A DNA stretch of 64,000 nucleotides from Bdellovibrio sp. (GTDB lineage Bacteria; Bdellovibrionota; Bdellovibrionia; Bdellovibrionales; Bdellovibrionaceae), in contig JAKFBS010000003.1 in the NCBI GenBank assembly GCA_036677065.1, positions 1 through 64,000 on the forward strand. Reading direction: 5' to 3'. The notes beneath the pieces are model-generated. The model was not told where the DNA came from, ran no database searches, and saw only the letters and a list, made by a program, of their open reading frames with translations. The translations under genes and the position numbers were made by a program. Of this stretch, positions 48,275-57,926 are shown piece after piece (position 1 is the stretch's first letter; every line of letters starts with the position of its first letter).

Positions 48275-49002
48275 AAGATGTTACCTTCTATAAATTGTTG
48301 AATCAGGCTGTTGTCGCGGTTTAATAATTGATCAATGGTGCCTTGTTCGGCGATCACTTTGTCTTTTAGAAATGCGAATTTATCACAAACAGCCATCGCT
48401 GTTGGAATATCATGAGTTACTAAAATAGCCGTTACACCGGTAGCTTTTAAACGCAGAATTAACTCCTGGATCTTTCGAGTGTTGTAGGGATCTAAGCCCG
48501 CTGTTGGTTCATCATAGAGAATAATTTCAGGCTGCATAATCACGGCACGTGCTAAACCAATACGTTTTTGCATACCACCTGAAAGTTCACCCGGGTATAA
48601 ATGAATCGACTTTTCTAAGCCAAATTCAGCCAATTGATGATGAATCTTTTCAGCAATTTCTGCCTCAGCTAACTCAGTATGTGCGCGCAGAGGATAAGCT
48701 AGGTTTTCATACACCGTCATTGAGTCAAAAAGTGCTCCACCCTGAAAGGCGTAAGCCACTTGTTTTCTGATGGGAATAAGCTCTTGTTCATTCATTGGAA
48801 CGATATCAATGCCGTTGATCAGAATTTTTCCGGCATCAGGTTTTTCTAAACCGATCAGACTGCGAAGAATCACTGACTTACCGGCTCCTGAGCCGCCAAC
48901 TAAACCAAGGCATTCGCCTTTTTTGACGTAAAAACTGACATTTTCATGAATGATTTTACTGCCGAAGGCTTTTCTAAAATTAACAATTTCGATTAAAGCC
49001 AT
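48271..49002 (-). CDS. mlaF: MlaF ABC transporter ATP-binding protein
   Basis: GGSGAGKS, FQGGALFDSMTV, LSGGMQKR, YDEPTAGLDP. Confidence 0.92.
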   Translation of the reverse strand: MALIEIVNFRKAFGSKIIHENVSFYVKKGECLGLVGGSGAGKSVILRSLIGLEKPDAGKILINGIDIVPMNEQELIPIRKQVAYAFQGGALFDSMTVYENLAYPLRAHTELAEAEIAEKIHHQLAEFGLEKSIHLYPGELSGGMQKRIGLARAVIMQPEIILYDEPTAGLDPYNTRKIQELILRLKATGVTAILVTHDIPTAMAVCDKFAFLKDKVIAEQGTIDQLLNRDNSLIQQFIEGNIL

Positions 49003-49790
49003 TGTTCAATCACCCAAAATATTTTTGCCAGAAAAAAATCGCCAACTAAAATTAACAGTGAGGCTGTCACAACAGCTTTAGTGGTCGCGATGCCCACTTC
49101 TTTGGTTCCATTTTTTACATTTAGACCAAAATAACAAGAGGGAAGAGCGATAAATAAAGCAAAGAAAAATGTCTTACCAAAGCCCGCGATGTAATCTTTT
49201 AAATTTGAAGTTTCTAAAACGCGGCGAAAGTAAAACTGTGTATCTAAGTTAAGTTCAGTCGAACCCACCACTAAACCACCGAAATTACCAACTAGATTAG
49301 CGATACTTACTAAGAGAGGAAGTACGATTAAGCACGCCAACACTCGCGGAATTACGATTTTCTTAATCGGTGAAGTTCCCAAAGCACGAATTGCATCGAT
49401 TTGTTGGGTGACGACCATTGAACCGATTTCGCTGGCCATACCGGCACCTACGCGAGCTGCCAGCATAAGACTGGTAAATACCGGACCCATTTCTCGTAAA
49501 ATTGTCGAAGCCACCAGGCGGGGAACATAGGGTTTACCGCCAAACTTTTCTAAACCAAGCCCGTATTGAAGCGCCATCACCATACCTGTTGATAGAGCTG
49601 TGATCAGAACTAACGGTAAAGATTTAACCCCGACTAAATATATTTGATCGACCAGTAATGACCCGTAAAACGGGCGCGTACGAAGTTCTTTGAGCGTATC
49701 TTTTGTCAACAACGCCACGCCGCCTAAGAACTCTAGTGGTTCTTTAACTTTTTCGGTGATCATTGCAGGAAAATCTACAGGTGCACTCAT
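48993..49790 (-). CDS. mlaE: MlaE ABC transporter permease
   Basis: REMGPV..LAARVGAG.ASEIGSM..QIDA, VGIATTKAVV. Confidence 0.93.
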   Translation of the reverse strand: MSAPVDFPAMITEKVKEPLEFLGGVALLTKDTLKELRTRPFYGSLLVDQIYLVGVKSLPLVLITALSTGMVMALQYGLGLEKFGGKPYVPRLVASTILREMGPVFTSLMLAARVGAGMASEIGSMVVTQQIDAIRALGTSPIKKIVIPRVLACLIVLPLLVSIANLVGNFGGLVVGSTELNLDTQFYFRRVLETSNLKDYIAGFGKTFFFALFIALPSCYFGLNVKNGTKEVGIATTKAVVTASLLILVGDFFLAKIFWVIEQWL

Positions 49791-50281
49791 TTTTTAAAAT
49801 CAATCTTTTGCAGAAAACTTTTGAATTCATTCTGATTTTGTTCAATTTTTTGCGGGTTTCCGGCCAAAGATGCCACGTAGGTACATTTTAAATGTTGTAC
49901 AGAGTAAGACTGAATCTCGATTGCTTTGCCATCAATTTCGCCACGTACTTTTTTAAAATAAGACTTACGCGCATTTAGTGTCGTGTTTTTTTCTTCGACC
50001 ACTTTAACATTATCTAATGAATCACTCATTAAGCCGTGGATTGATTTTAAATTAAAATTACCGTCATTACAGTCAGATACCATAGAAATCACGTTGCCCG
50101 TGGTTTTGCTTTTCCAAGCTGGGTAAACGTTGTCGCGTAACTGGTTAAAGTCAGAATTAAATTCAGGTATAACAACATCTTTGGAAAATGTCGGTTTTGG
50201 TTCCTTAAAAATATTTGATATACATCCAGGAATTAATAGCAAAATAGCGACTGATAAAAACAATTTAGAAAAGACGTTCAT
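49787..50281 (-). CDS. lipoprotein (PsbP/DcrB-like fold possible)
   Basis: Lipobox IPGC; its stop overlaps the mlaE start (ATGA). Confidence 0.6.
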   Translation of the reverse strand: MNVFSKLFLSVAILLLIPGCISNIFKEPKPTFSKDVVIPEFNSDFNQLRDNVYPAWKSKTTGNVISMVSDCNDGNFNLKSIHGLMSDSLDNVKVVEEKNTTLNARKSYFKKVRGEIDGKAIEIQSYSVQHLKCTYVASLAGNPQKIEQNQNEFKSFLQKIDFKK

Positions 50282-50459
50282 TGACAAAATTATAAAGAGC
50301 AAAAGCTCCTGCGTCTAGCTTGAAGGTCTAGTCGAGCCCTGAGTCGAAAGCGCGAGTGATCAGTTGACATGAACGTCATGGAATTGTCGGTGTTCGCCAA
50401 AAAACATGGTTATTTTTGCCTAGCCTGAAATTAAACCGCTAACCGCGCGCGCAATAGCA

Positions 50460-50475
50460 TGGCACTTGAAATGCT
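50460..50475 (+). promoter_or_regulatory. sigma54 -24/-12 promoter of the flagellar operon
   Basis: TGGCACTTGAAATGCT, GG-N10-GC, directly upstream of the TPR-flg/fli cluster. Confidence 0.65.
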
Positions 50476-50489
50476 TTGTTCAATAGTTG

Positions 50490-53333
50490 ATGAAAAAGCA
50501 TTTTCTAAAACTTACTACCGCGACGATAATCATCTTAGGAATTTCATTACCTAAGTCTTGGGCTGGCAATATGCAAACTAACCTTCGAGTTCAGGGTGAT
50601 ACTTTGAATTTTGAAGTCAGTGGGCAAAAAAATTGGGATTATGATTTGAAACGCGTGCAAGACGGTAAAACTGTGAAAGTGCAATTACAGGTCAAAGGTC
50701 TTGATGAAAGTTCAACACGTAATTTAAAGACAATTCAAAATCCATTTGTAAAAGAAATTAAGGTATTACCGAAAGCCGTTGATGGTTTCACGGTCATTGA
50801 ATTTATTTTAGCTAATGATTCAATTGATGCTTTTGACTATTTAACAGATCAACCTTCAAAGTTAGTTGTCGATTTCTATAAAAATGAAGAGCGCGTTAAA
50901 GCCCCGCAAGCCAATGGCAAGGGTGAAGTAGTTCCATATGCTGAAGAAGCGACTTTAGATGATTTCGGCAAGCCTATCAAAAAATCGTCAAAGGCTAAAA
51001 AAGCGGGGAGTAACCCAGGAAAAGTGGCTGCTGATAAAAGACATCAAAGTCCTTCGAGGTACCCAGCCGATGTTGATGGCCTAAAAATCGAAGAAGAAAA
51101 CGGCATTTTAACTTTTGTACAGCAAGAGATCGATCTTAAATCTGGTTTATTTGATGGTGGTGATGAAAAGTTTCACCGTTTTAAAATTAAAGAAATCGAA
51201 ATTAAGAAAAATGCGATCATTAAAGGGTTAGCTAACTACTATTTACGTTTTCCGATGTTAAGCCATGAAATGAATTTCTGGACGGCGATGAAAAACAACC
51301 CTCCACAGTACGAAATTCAGCAGGCCAATACAGAAGAAAATAAACAAGCACGGCTTTTAAAAGTACTGTATGACCGTAAAAGAACACTAGTGCTTAAAAA
51401 GACTTCTGACTGGTTTGAAAAGAAATTTAAAAATTCACAATATTTAGAACAAATTTATTACATGAACGGTGATTCGCACATGCAAACATGGCGCGAAACG
51501 GGCGAGGCAAAATATTTTGATGATGGAATGCAGTTCTATGCAAAAGCAATGTCGCGGTTTCCGGAATCAAAGCTAAATGAACGTACTTCTTTATTATTAG
51601 GTTTTCTAAATCTGGATAAAAAAGATTATTTAACTGCAGTAAGAAAATTAAGCACGCATGTTGAAAACCCTGCCTATAAAGGTCGCCCGTCACAAGAGTA
51701 CGCAAAACTTGGATTAGCTTTAGCTATGCTCAGCGCCAATAAATTACAAGACGGCTTGGATCTTTTAGATGATGTAGAAAAAACAACTAAAAATGAAATG
51801 ACCCGTGCCGAAGCGGCATATCGTCGTGGTGATTTTTTCTTTCATCAAAATAAATACACAGAAGCTGTTGATGCTTTTAATACCGCTTTTAAAAAGTATC
51901 CAAACCATTCACAGTTATTCCCGAATTCACACTTTAATCGCATGGAAGCTTTATTTCGTCTGAAATTGCCTGAGCTTTCTCACAAAGAAGCTTTAGAATT
52001 CGTACAACGTTATCCTGCCCATGATTATGCTCCGTATGCATTAACTCGCGTCGGTGAATTATTAGAAATATTAGGTGCTGATCAATCAAAATCTGTGGGT
52101 GCATATTTAGAAACGCATTTTCGTTACGGTGATAACCCTAAAACAGTTGTTTCGCGTTTACATATGTTAAGTACACGCATGAAAGTCATGAAACCTCAGG
52201 AAGTTAAAGAAACAATTGCTAAAATGAACGAGTTGGCTGAACAAAGCCAACTTGAAGATATTCAGCAATTTAAAACGACGATGATTGCTGATGGTTATGC
52301 CCGCCGCAAAGAGTACGACAAAGCGATTGAAATCCTTACGCATTTTTACCAAAAAGAACCAAATAAACCAGATTCATTTCAGGTCACATTACGTATTATG
52401 CGTAATATTAACGATCAAATGAAAGAGTACTCTGCAAAAGATGACTTTAGAAATGTTTTAAAAACTTATAAACGTTTCGCAGACACTTGGTTAAAAGCGC
52501 AACCGCGTATTGATACTAATTTTTACGTAGCTAAAGCTTATCAATCAGCAGGTTCATACAATACAGCCTTAAAACAATACGATAAACTACGCAAACAAAT
52601 CGGTTTATTAAAAGACGATACTATTTCAAATGCGATTCGCGCTAACCAGGATATTCCGACAGAAGATGTGATTAATTTAATGCAAGCTCAGTGTTTGTTT
52701 GAAGAAAACCGTTATCAAGAAGCGTACGAAAAAATGCAATCGATAAAAAATCCTGATGTCTTAGCAGAGCAAGACCAAATTAACCGCGTTCATTACACGG
52801 CTTTATTGTACGAGAAAAAAGGCGAACTTAATGCGGCAGTTAGATATTTATCTGAGCTAACTAAGGTTTGGAAAGATAAAGCCGAATTGTTAGCTCCAAG
52901 CGTGCTTCATTTAGCGGATTTAGAAGTCAAACGTAAACAGCCAGAATTAGCGATCGATAATTTGTCTGAACTTTTAAAAAGTAAAGTTTCAGATAAATAT
53001 AAATTAGAAGCCTATAAAAAACTATCAGACTTAGCTATCAGCGAAAAGAAATCAGACTTGGCGATTAAAACTATTTCTAATCTTTTAACGAACTTTGAAA
53101 GCAAAGAAAGTCTTTCATCTTACAGATATAAATTAGGTGAATTGCATTTTAATCAGGGTGAATTAAAAAAAGCTGAAAATGTATGGGGCGAATTAAAAGG
53201 CAACGAAGCCTCGTTCTGGAACCAGCTTGCGCAGAACAAAATGCGCGATTCTAACTGGAGCGAAGAAAATAAAAAGTATTTAAAACGTATACCGGCAATG
53301 TCAAAGTCTGAAAAAGCGGAGGACGCAAAATGA
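50490..53333 (+). CDS. exported TPR-repeat protein heading the flagellar operon
   Basis: Signal peptide, beta-rich N-terminal domain, many TPR-like helices (EAAYRRGDFFF..Y.EA..F..A.K.YP). Confidence 0.8.
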   Translation: MKKHFLKLTTATIIILGISLPKSWAGNMQTNLRVQGDTLNFEVSGQKNWDYDLKRVQDGKTVKVQLQVKGLDESSTRNLKTIQNPFVKEIKVLPKAVDGFTVIEFILANDSIDAFDYLTDQPSKLVVDFYKNEERVKAPQANGKGEVVPYAEEATLDDFGKPIKKSSKAKKAGSNPGKVAADKRHQSPSRYPADVDGLKIEEENGILTFVQQEIDLKSGLFDGGDEKFHRFKIKEIEIKKNAIIKGLANYYLRFPMLSHEMNFWTAMKNNPPQYEIQQANTEENKQARLLKVLYDRKRTLVLKKTSDWFEKKFKNSQYLEQIYYMNGDSHMQTWRETGEAKYFDDGMQFYAKAMSRFPESKLNERTSLLLGFLNLDKKDYLTAVRKLSTHVENPAYKGRPSQEYAKLGLALAMLSANKLQDGLDLLDDVEKTTKNEMTRAEAAYRRGDFFFHQNKYTEAVDAFNTAFKKYPNHSQLFPNSHFNRMEALFRLKLPELSHKEALEFVQRYPAHDYAPYALTRVGELLEILGADQSKSVGAYLETHFRYGDNPKTVVSRLHMLSTRMKVMKPQEVKETIAKMNELAEQSQLEDIQQFKTTMIADGYARRKEYDKAIEILTHFYQKEPNKPDSFQVTLRIMRNINDQMKEYSAKDDFRNVLKTYKRFADTWLKAQPRIDTNFYVAKAYQSAGSYNTALKQYDKLRKQIGLLKDDTISNAIRANQDIPTEDVINLMQAQCLFEENRYQEAYEKMQSIKNPDVLAEQDQINRVHYTALLYEKKGELNAAVRYLSELTKVWKDKAELLAPSVLHLADLEVKRKQPELAIDNLSELLKSKVSDKYKLEAYKKLSDLAISEKKSDLAIKTISNLLTNFESKESLSSYRYKLGELHFNQGELKKAENVWGELKGNEASFWNQLAQNKMRDSNWSEENKKYLKRIPAMSKSEKAEDAK

Positions 53334-54031
53334 GTTTTGCAGAGTTTAATTCAGTGAACTGCAGTTCACAAGTCATGGTCAGCATAGTGCAAAAACTTGG
53401 TAACCCATCAATCGGTGAATATAAAACCGTAGTGATCAAAGGAGCCAAAGGCTCTGGACGCAAAACCTTAGCCCTACATTTACAAAAACTTAATTTTAAG
53501 CTTTCACAATTTGAAATCGTAGAATTAAGCGAGCTTTCAATTATTGAAGATCATAAAATTTACATTTGTCTTGATATGGATGATGTAAAAACTGATGACG
53601 ACATTTTTGTGATTCAAATGCCGTCATTGGTTGAACGAAAAGATGATTTGATTGCTTTAGCTGAATTTCATATTCAAGTGCATGCTTTAATGAATGGTTC
53701 AGGCAGAATTTTAATTTCTGAAAAAGCTAAAGAAAAAATTCTGGCTTACAGATGGCCTGGCGAATTTCCTGAGCTAGAGCGTGCTTTAGAGCAAGCCGTG
53801 CAAGTTTGTGAAAAAAATGTGATCGAACCAGAAGATCTTAAATTAGAAGAATCTAACCGCGACTTATCTTTTTCATTAGGTTTAAAATTAGAAAACGTCG
53901 AGCGCCAGTACATTTTGCAAACGTTATTTTTCGCGCAGCAAAATAGAACAAAAGCTGCCGAGATTCTTGGAATTTCTATTCGTACCTTAAGAAATAAACT
54001 CAACCAATACCGCCAGGAGGGTTACCTATGA
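53330..54031 (+). CDS. degenerate sigma54-activator-like protein with Fis-type HTH
   Basis: Remnant Walker A GAKGSGRK, YRWPG..ELE, intact HTH NRTKAAEILGISIRTLRNKL; no GAFTGA loop and no receiver domain. Confidence 0.75.
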   Translation: MSFAEFNSVNCSSQVMVSIVQKLGNPSIGEYKTVVIKGAKGSGRKTLALHLQKLNFKLSQFEIVELSELSIIEDHKIYICLDMDDVKTDDDIFVIQMPSLVERKDDLIALAEFHIQVHALMNGSGRILISEKAKEKILAYRWPGEFPELERALEQAVQVCEKNVIEPEDLKLEESNRDLSFSLGLKLENVERQYILQTLFFAQQNRTKAAEILGISIRTLRNKLNQYRQEGYL

Positions 54032-54396
54032 GTAATTTGTTCGACAAAACAACAGATGCTCTTGCAACTTCGATCCGCATGCGCCAAATCAAGCATAACG
54101 TGACTGCAAGTAATATTGCCAATCACGAAACACCTGGTTACAAAGCGCAAAAAGTTGAATTTGAAGAGGCCTTGGCAAGATCTTTAGAAATTGGTGGCAC
54201 GGCAGAAGGCGGATTACCGGTAAACGCAGAAGTTTTCGATAACCCGGAAGCCGCCGTGAATAACGATGGCAATAGTGTTGATATGGAAAAAGAAATGTCT
54301 GCATTAGCAGAAAACTCGATTTTGTATAAATCGGCATTGCAATTAATTAATAAAAAAATGGCAGCGTTAAGATACGCAATTAGTGAAGGTAGATAG
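54028..54396 (+). CDS. flgB: flagellar basal-body rod protein FlgB
   Basis: ASNIANHETPGYK, DGNSVDMEKEM. Confidence 0.95.
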   Translation: MSNLFDKTTDALATSIRMRQIKHNVTASNIANHETPGYKAQKVEFEEALARSLEIGGTAEGGLPVNAEVFDNPEAAVNNDGNSVDMEKEMSALAENSILYKSALQLINKKMAALRYAISEGR

Positions 54397-54398
54397 TT

Positions 54399-54842
54399 AT
54401 GTCAGATTTTTTATCGGGCTTTAGAATTAGCGGAAGTGGTATGGCAGCGCAACGCACGCGCATGAATACTATTTCTTCAAATATTGCCAATATTAATACG
54501 ACAAAAACTCCAGAAGGTGGCCCGTACCGCCGCAAAGACGTGGTTTTCGAGGCAATGCCAGACGGTAAGACGTTTGGCGATATTGTTGGGGTTAATGATC
54601 CGACAAAAGATTTAAACCGGGTCCAGGTCACAGATGTCATCTACGATAAACGCGGTCCTATCATGAAATATGAGCCAGGACATGCAGATGCGAACGAAGA
54701 TGGTTTTGTTGCTTACCCGAATATCAACTTGATGGAAGAAATGACCAACATGATACAAGCTACACGGTCGTACGAGGCTAACGTACAGGCCGTGCAGGCA
54801 ACTAAAGATATGGCTTTAAGTGCATTGGAAATTGGTAGATAA
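54399..54842 (+). CDS. flgC: flagellar basal-body rod protein FlgC
   Basis: SGMAAQR.RMN.ISSNIAN, GGPYRRK, YEPGH..A, RSYEAN. Confidence 0.96.
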   Translation: MSDFLSGFRISGSGMAAQRTRMNTISSNIANINTTKTPEGGPYRRKDVVFEAMPDGKTFGDIVGVNDPTKDLNRVQVTDVIYDKRGPIMKYEPGHADANEDGFVAYPNINLMEEMTNMIQATRSYEANVQAVQATKDMALSALEIGR

Positions 54843-54910
54843 TTAATATAACACGCCCAGCAATTATTGCCGGGACCGGGCTACCTTAGCCTAAGAAATT
54901 GGGAGTAACC

Positions 54911-55237
54911 ATGGATGGTTTAAATATCTCAAATGCAAATAGATTTGTCGAAGCAGGCGGTACAACCGCGGGCTCAATCGCAGATTTAAATAAAGCAGCA
55001 CAAACAAACGAAGCAGGAAAATCTTTTGCAGATACATTGACTGAAGCCATCGGCCAAGTGAATGAAATGCAAAAAGAGTCTGATGTGAAAGCGCAAGAAC
55101 TTGCGACTGGCAAAACAGATGATATCGCCGGCGTTATGTTATCTGCAGAGAAAGCTGACATCGCATTACGTACGATGGTTCAAGTCAGAAATAAAATTAT
55201 CGATGCTTACCAAGAAATCATGAGAATGCAGGTATAA
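54911..55237 (+). CDS. fliE: flagellar hook-basal body protein FliE
   Basis: SFADTL, QVRNKIIDAYQEIMRMQV; SD GGGAG. Confidence 0.95.
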   Translation: MDGLNISNANRFVEAGGTTAGSIADLNKAAQTNEAGKSFADTLTEAIGQVNEMQKESDVKAQELATGKTDDIAGVMLSAEKADIALRTMVQVRNKIIDAYQEIMRMQV

Positions 55238-55238
55238 T

Positions 55239-56888
55239 GTGACTAAGTTGTTTGGTGGGCTAATTGCCCAGTTGAATGAATTCTATAAGTCGCTTGGGCC
55301 AACCAAGCGTATGGCTTTTGTTGCTTCAGGGTTAATCGTTGTTATGGCGATTGGTTTTGTTTTCTTTATGGCTTCAGGAAAAGACTACGAAGTTTTATTT
55401 AAAAACGTAGCGGCAGATCAAATTCCTACAATCATCGGAAAATTAAATGCAAAACAAATTCCGTACCGTGTGATGGAAGATGGTTCTACGATCACGGTAC
55501 CTAAAGAATTTTTGCATGCGACTTTAATGCAATTATCAACTGAAGTAGGTTCTACCAATATGGGTAGCATTGGCTTAGAGATTTTTGAAAAAGAAAATTT
55601 CGGTGCTAATACTTATTCGCAAAAAATTAATTACCAGAGAGCGCTTCAAGGCGAATTAATGCGTGCGATTAACACTTTAACTGCGGTTAAGCAGTCAAAA
55701 GTGATCTTAGCGTTACCACAAAAGAAAACAATGATGGATGAATCAACTCCGCCATCAGCTTCGGTGGTTGTGGCTCTTAATTCGGGAAAACAATTATCTC
55801 CTGAACAGGTGCGTGGTATCAGATACTTAATCGCCAATGCGGTTGAAGGTATGGATCCTGAAAAAGTAACTGTGTTAGATGAGCACGGTCGTATGTTATC
55901 TAAAAAATCTGATGGCGCATTAGGTGCTTCAAATGAAATTATGGAGCTTAAATCACAAGTTGAAAAAGATTTAGAAGAAAGAATTGATTCTATCTTATCA
56001 AAAGTTGTGGGCGCGGGGCGCATCGTAACTAAAGTAGATGCGACAATTAATCACCGTGTGGTTTCTTCGGTTGAAGAAATTATTGATCCTGATAAAACAG
56101 CTACTCGCAGTATGACAACGAATGAAGAATCATTAGACGGGTCACGCACAAATCCTACGGGTGTTCCTGGATCACGTGCAAATGTGCCAGGTTCTGAAGA
56201 CAACCAAGGCAGTGTTGGTTTTAAACAAGATGTTCGTAAAGAATTAAAAACTGTGACTTACGAAGTGCCAAAAACTATTCGTAATGTTCGCGAAGCAGCA
56301 GGTGCGGTAGAAAAAATCAGCGTTGCTGTCTTAGTTGATGGCGTTGCCACGACAACTGCTGGGCCAGATGGCAAACCGGTTACCAAATGGGATGCAAGAA
56401 CTCCTGAAGAAATCGCAAAATATGAATCATTAGTAAAAAGTGCGATTGGTTTTGTCGGAGCCCGCGGCGACAGTGTTAAAATTGAATCAATTCAATTTAA
56501 AGTTGAAGACTTTAACGAAAGCGAAACATTACTTACAAGCTTAGAAAAGAAAAAACTTATTCAGTCTTTATTTAAATGGGGCTTGTTAGGCTTTGCATTA
56601 ATGCTTTTCTTCTTCTTAGTGGTTCGTCCATTCATGCAATGGGTTACAGATTCATTCACAGATTCTGTTGAAGATATGTTACCGCGCACGATTGAAGAGT
56701 TAGAAGAATTACAAGCCGTTGATAATACATTACCTGGTTTAGGCGGAGTATTGCCGATGTTACAAGACTCGGTTGATCCGGATAAAGCTGAATCTGAATT
56801 ATTAAAAGACCGTATTATGAATCTAGTGACCAAAGATGAAGAAAAAGCAGCAAGTGCTATCAACATGTGGGTTTCTAGAAAGGAATAA
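55239..56888 (+). CDS. fliF: flagellar M-ring protein FliF
   Basis: GLEIFEK, YQRALQGEL.R.I, PSASVVV, two transmembrane segments. Confidence 0.95.
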   Translation: MTKLFGGLIAQLNEFYKSLGPTKRMAFVASGLIVVMAIGFVFFMASGKDYEVLFKNVAADQIPTIIGKLNAKQIPYRVMEDGSTITVPKEFLHATLMQLSTEVGSTNMGSIGLEIFEKENFGANTYSQKINYQRALQGELMRAINTLTAVKQSKVILALPQKKTMMDESTPPSASVVVALNSGKQLSPEQVRGIRYLIANAVEGMDPEKVTVLDEHGRMLSKKSDGALGASNEIMELKSQVEKDLEERIDSILSKVVGAGRIVTKVDATINHRVVSSVEEIIDPDKTATRSMTTNEESLDGSRTNPTGVPGSRANVPGSEDNQGSVGFKQDVRKELKTVTYEVPKTIRNVREAAGAVEKISVAVLVDGVATTTAGPDGKPVTKWDARTPEEIAKYESLVKSAIGFVGARGDSVKIESIQFKVEDFNESETLLTSLEKKKLIQSLFKWGLLGFALMLFFFLVVRPFMQWVTDSFTDSVEDMLPRTIEELEELQAVDNTLPGLGGVLPMLQDSVDPDKAESELLKDRIMNLVTKDEEKAASAINMWVSRKE

Positions 56889-56891
56889 TCT

Positions 56892-57926
56892 ATGAAAATG
56901 TCGAAATATGAAAATTTAGATTATGACACTCTACGCGGCATTGATAAAGCGGCCATCCTGGTGAATTACTTAGGCCAAGACGCTATTCGTATTCTATTTA
57001 AAAAAATGGATGATGCTGATATCAGAAAATTAATCCATTTAATGACTAAATTTAAAATTGTTCCAGTAAACGTAACTAAACGCGTGTTAGAAGAGTTCTA
57101 TGAAACCATCAGTGAGTCTGATGAATTCATTTTCTCTGACCGTACTTCAAGCAAAGAATCAATCGTTGAAGCTTTAGGTGAAGAACGTGCGCGTGGCATC
57201 TTAGGCGGTTTAAATATCAGCTCTGGTGGCGGTAGAACGCTTGAATCATTAGAAATGGTTGATGCGAAATCTTTATCAACATTCTTAGTGAATGAACATC
57301 CGCAAACTGTTGCGGTAATCTTAGCCCATTTAGAGCCTGAGAAAAAAGGCGATGTATTACGTCGTTTACCAGAAGGTCTACAAGCTGAAGTTGTTCTTCG
57401 TATGGCCCATTTAGATAACGTCGATCCAGAGCTTATTGCCGAGATCGATCGCGTGTTAAAAGCGCAGTTATCAGCGACTTCAACTGTTGAACAATCTTCT
57501 CTTGGCGGCGTACAACCAGTGGCTGAAATGCTTAACGTTATGGATAAATCTTCTGAACAAACGATCATGTCGCGTTTAGAAGAAAAAGATCCATTACTAG
57601 CAGAAGAGATTCGCAAACTTATGTTCGTATTCGAAGATATTGCGAAAATCGACGACCGTGGTATTCAAATGCTTCTTAAAGAATGCCCTAATGATCGTCT
57701 GCTTATGGCTCTTAAAACAGCGAATGAAGATATCAAAGCGAAAATCTTTAAAAATATCTCAGCACGTGCTGCCGAAATGTTACGTGAAGATCTGGCAAAT
57801 ATGGGACCTGCACGTCTATCAGACGTAGAGGGTGCACAGCAAGAGATCGTCAACGTTGCGCGTAGATTAGAAGCTGAAGGTAAATTAATTATTGCAAGAG
57901 GAAGTTCTGAAGATGCGATGGTCTAA
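56892..57926 (+). CDS. fliG: flagellar motor switch protein FliG
   Basis: KAAIL, EHPQTVA, MFVFED, RLSDVE.AQ. Confidence 0.96.
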   Translation: MKMSKYENLDYDTLRGIDKAAILVNYLGQDAIRILFKKMDDADIRKLIHLMTKFKIVPVNVTKRVLEEFYETISESDEFIFSDRTSSKESIVEALGEERARGILGGLNISSGGGRTLESLEMVDAKSLSTFLVNEHPQTVAVILAHLEPEKKGDVLRRLPEGLQAEVVLRMAHLDNVDPELIAEIDRVLKAQLSATSTVEQSSLGGVQPVAEMLNVMDKSSEQTIMSRLEEKDPLLAEEIRKLMFVFEDIAKIDDRGIQMLLKECPNDRLLMALKTANEDIKAKIFKNISARAAEMLREDLANMGPARLSDVEGAQQEIVNVARRLEAEGKLIIARGSSEDAMV

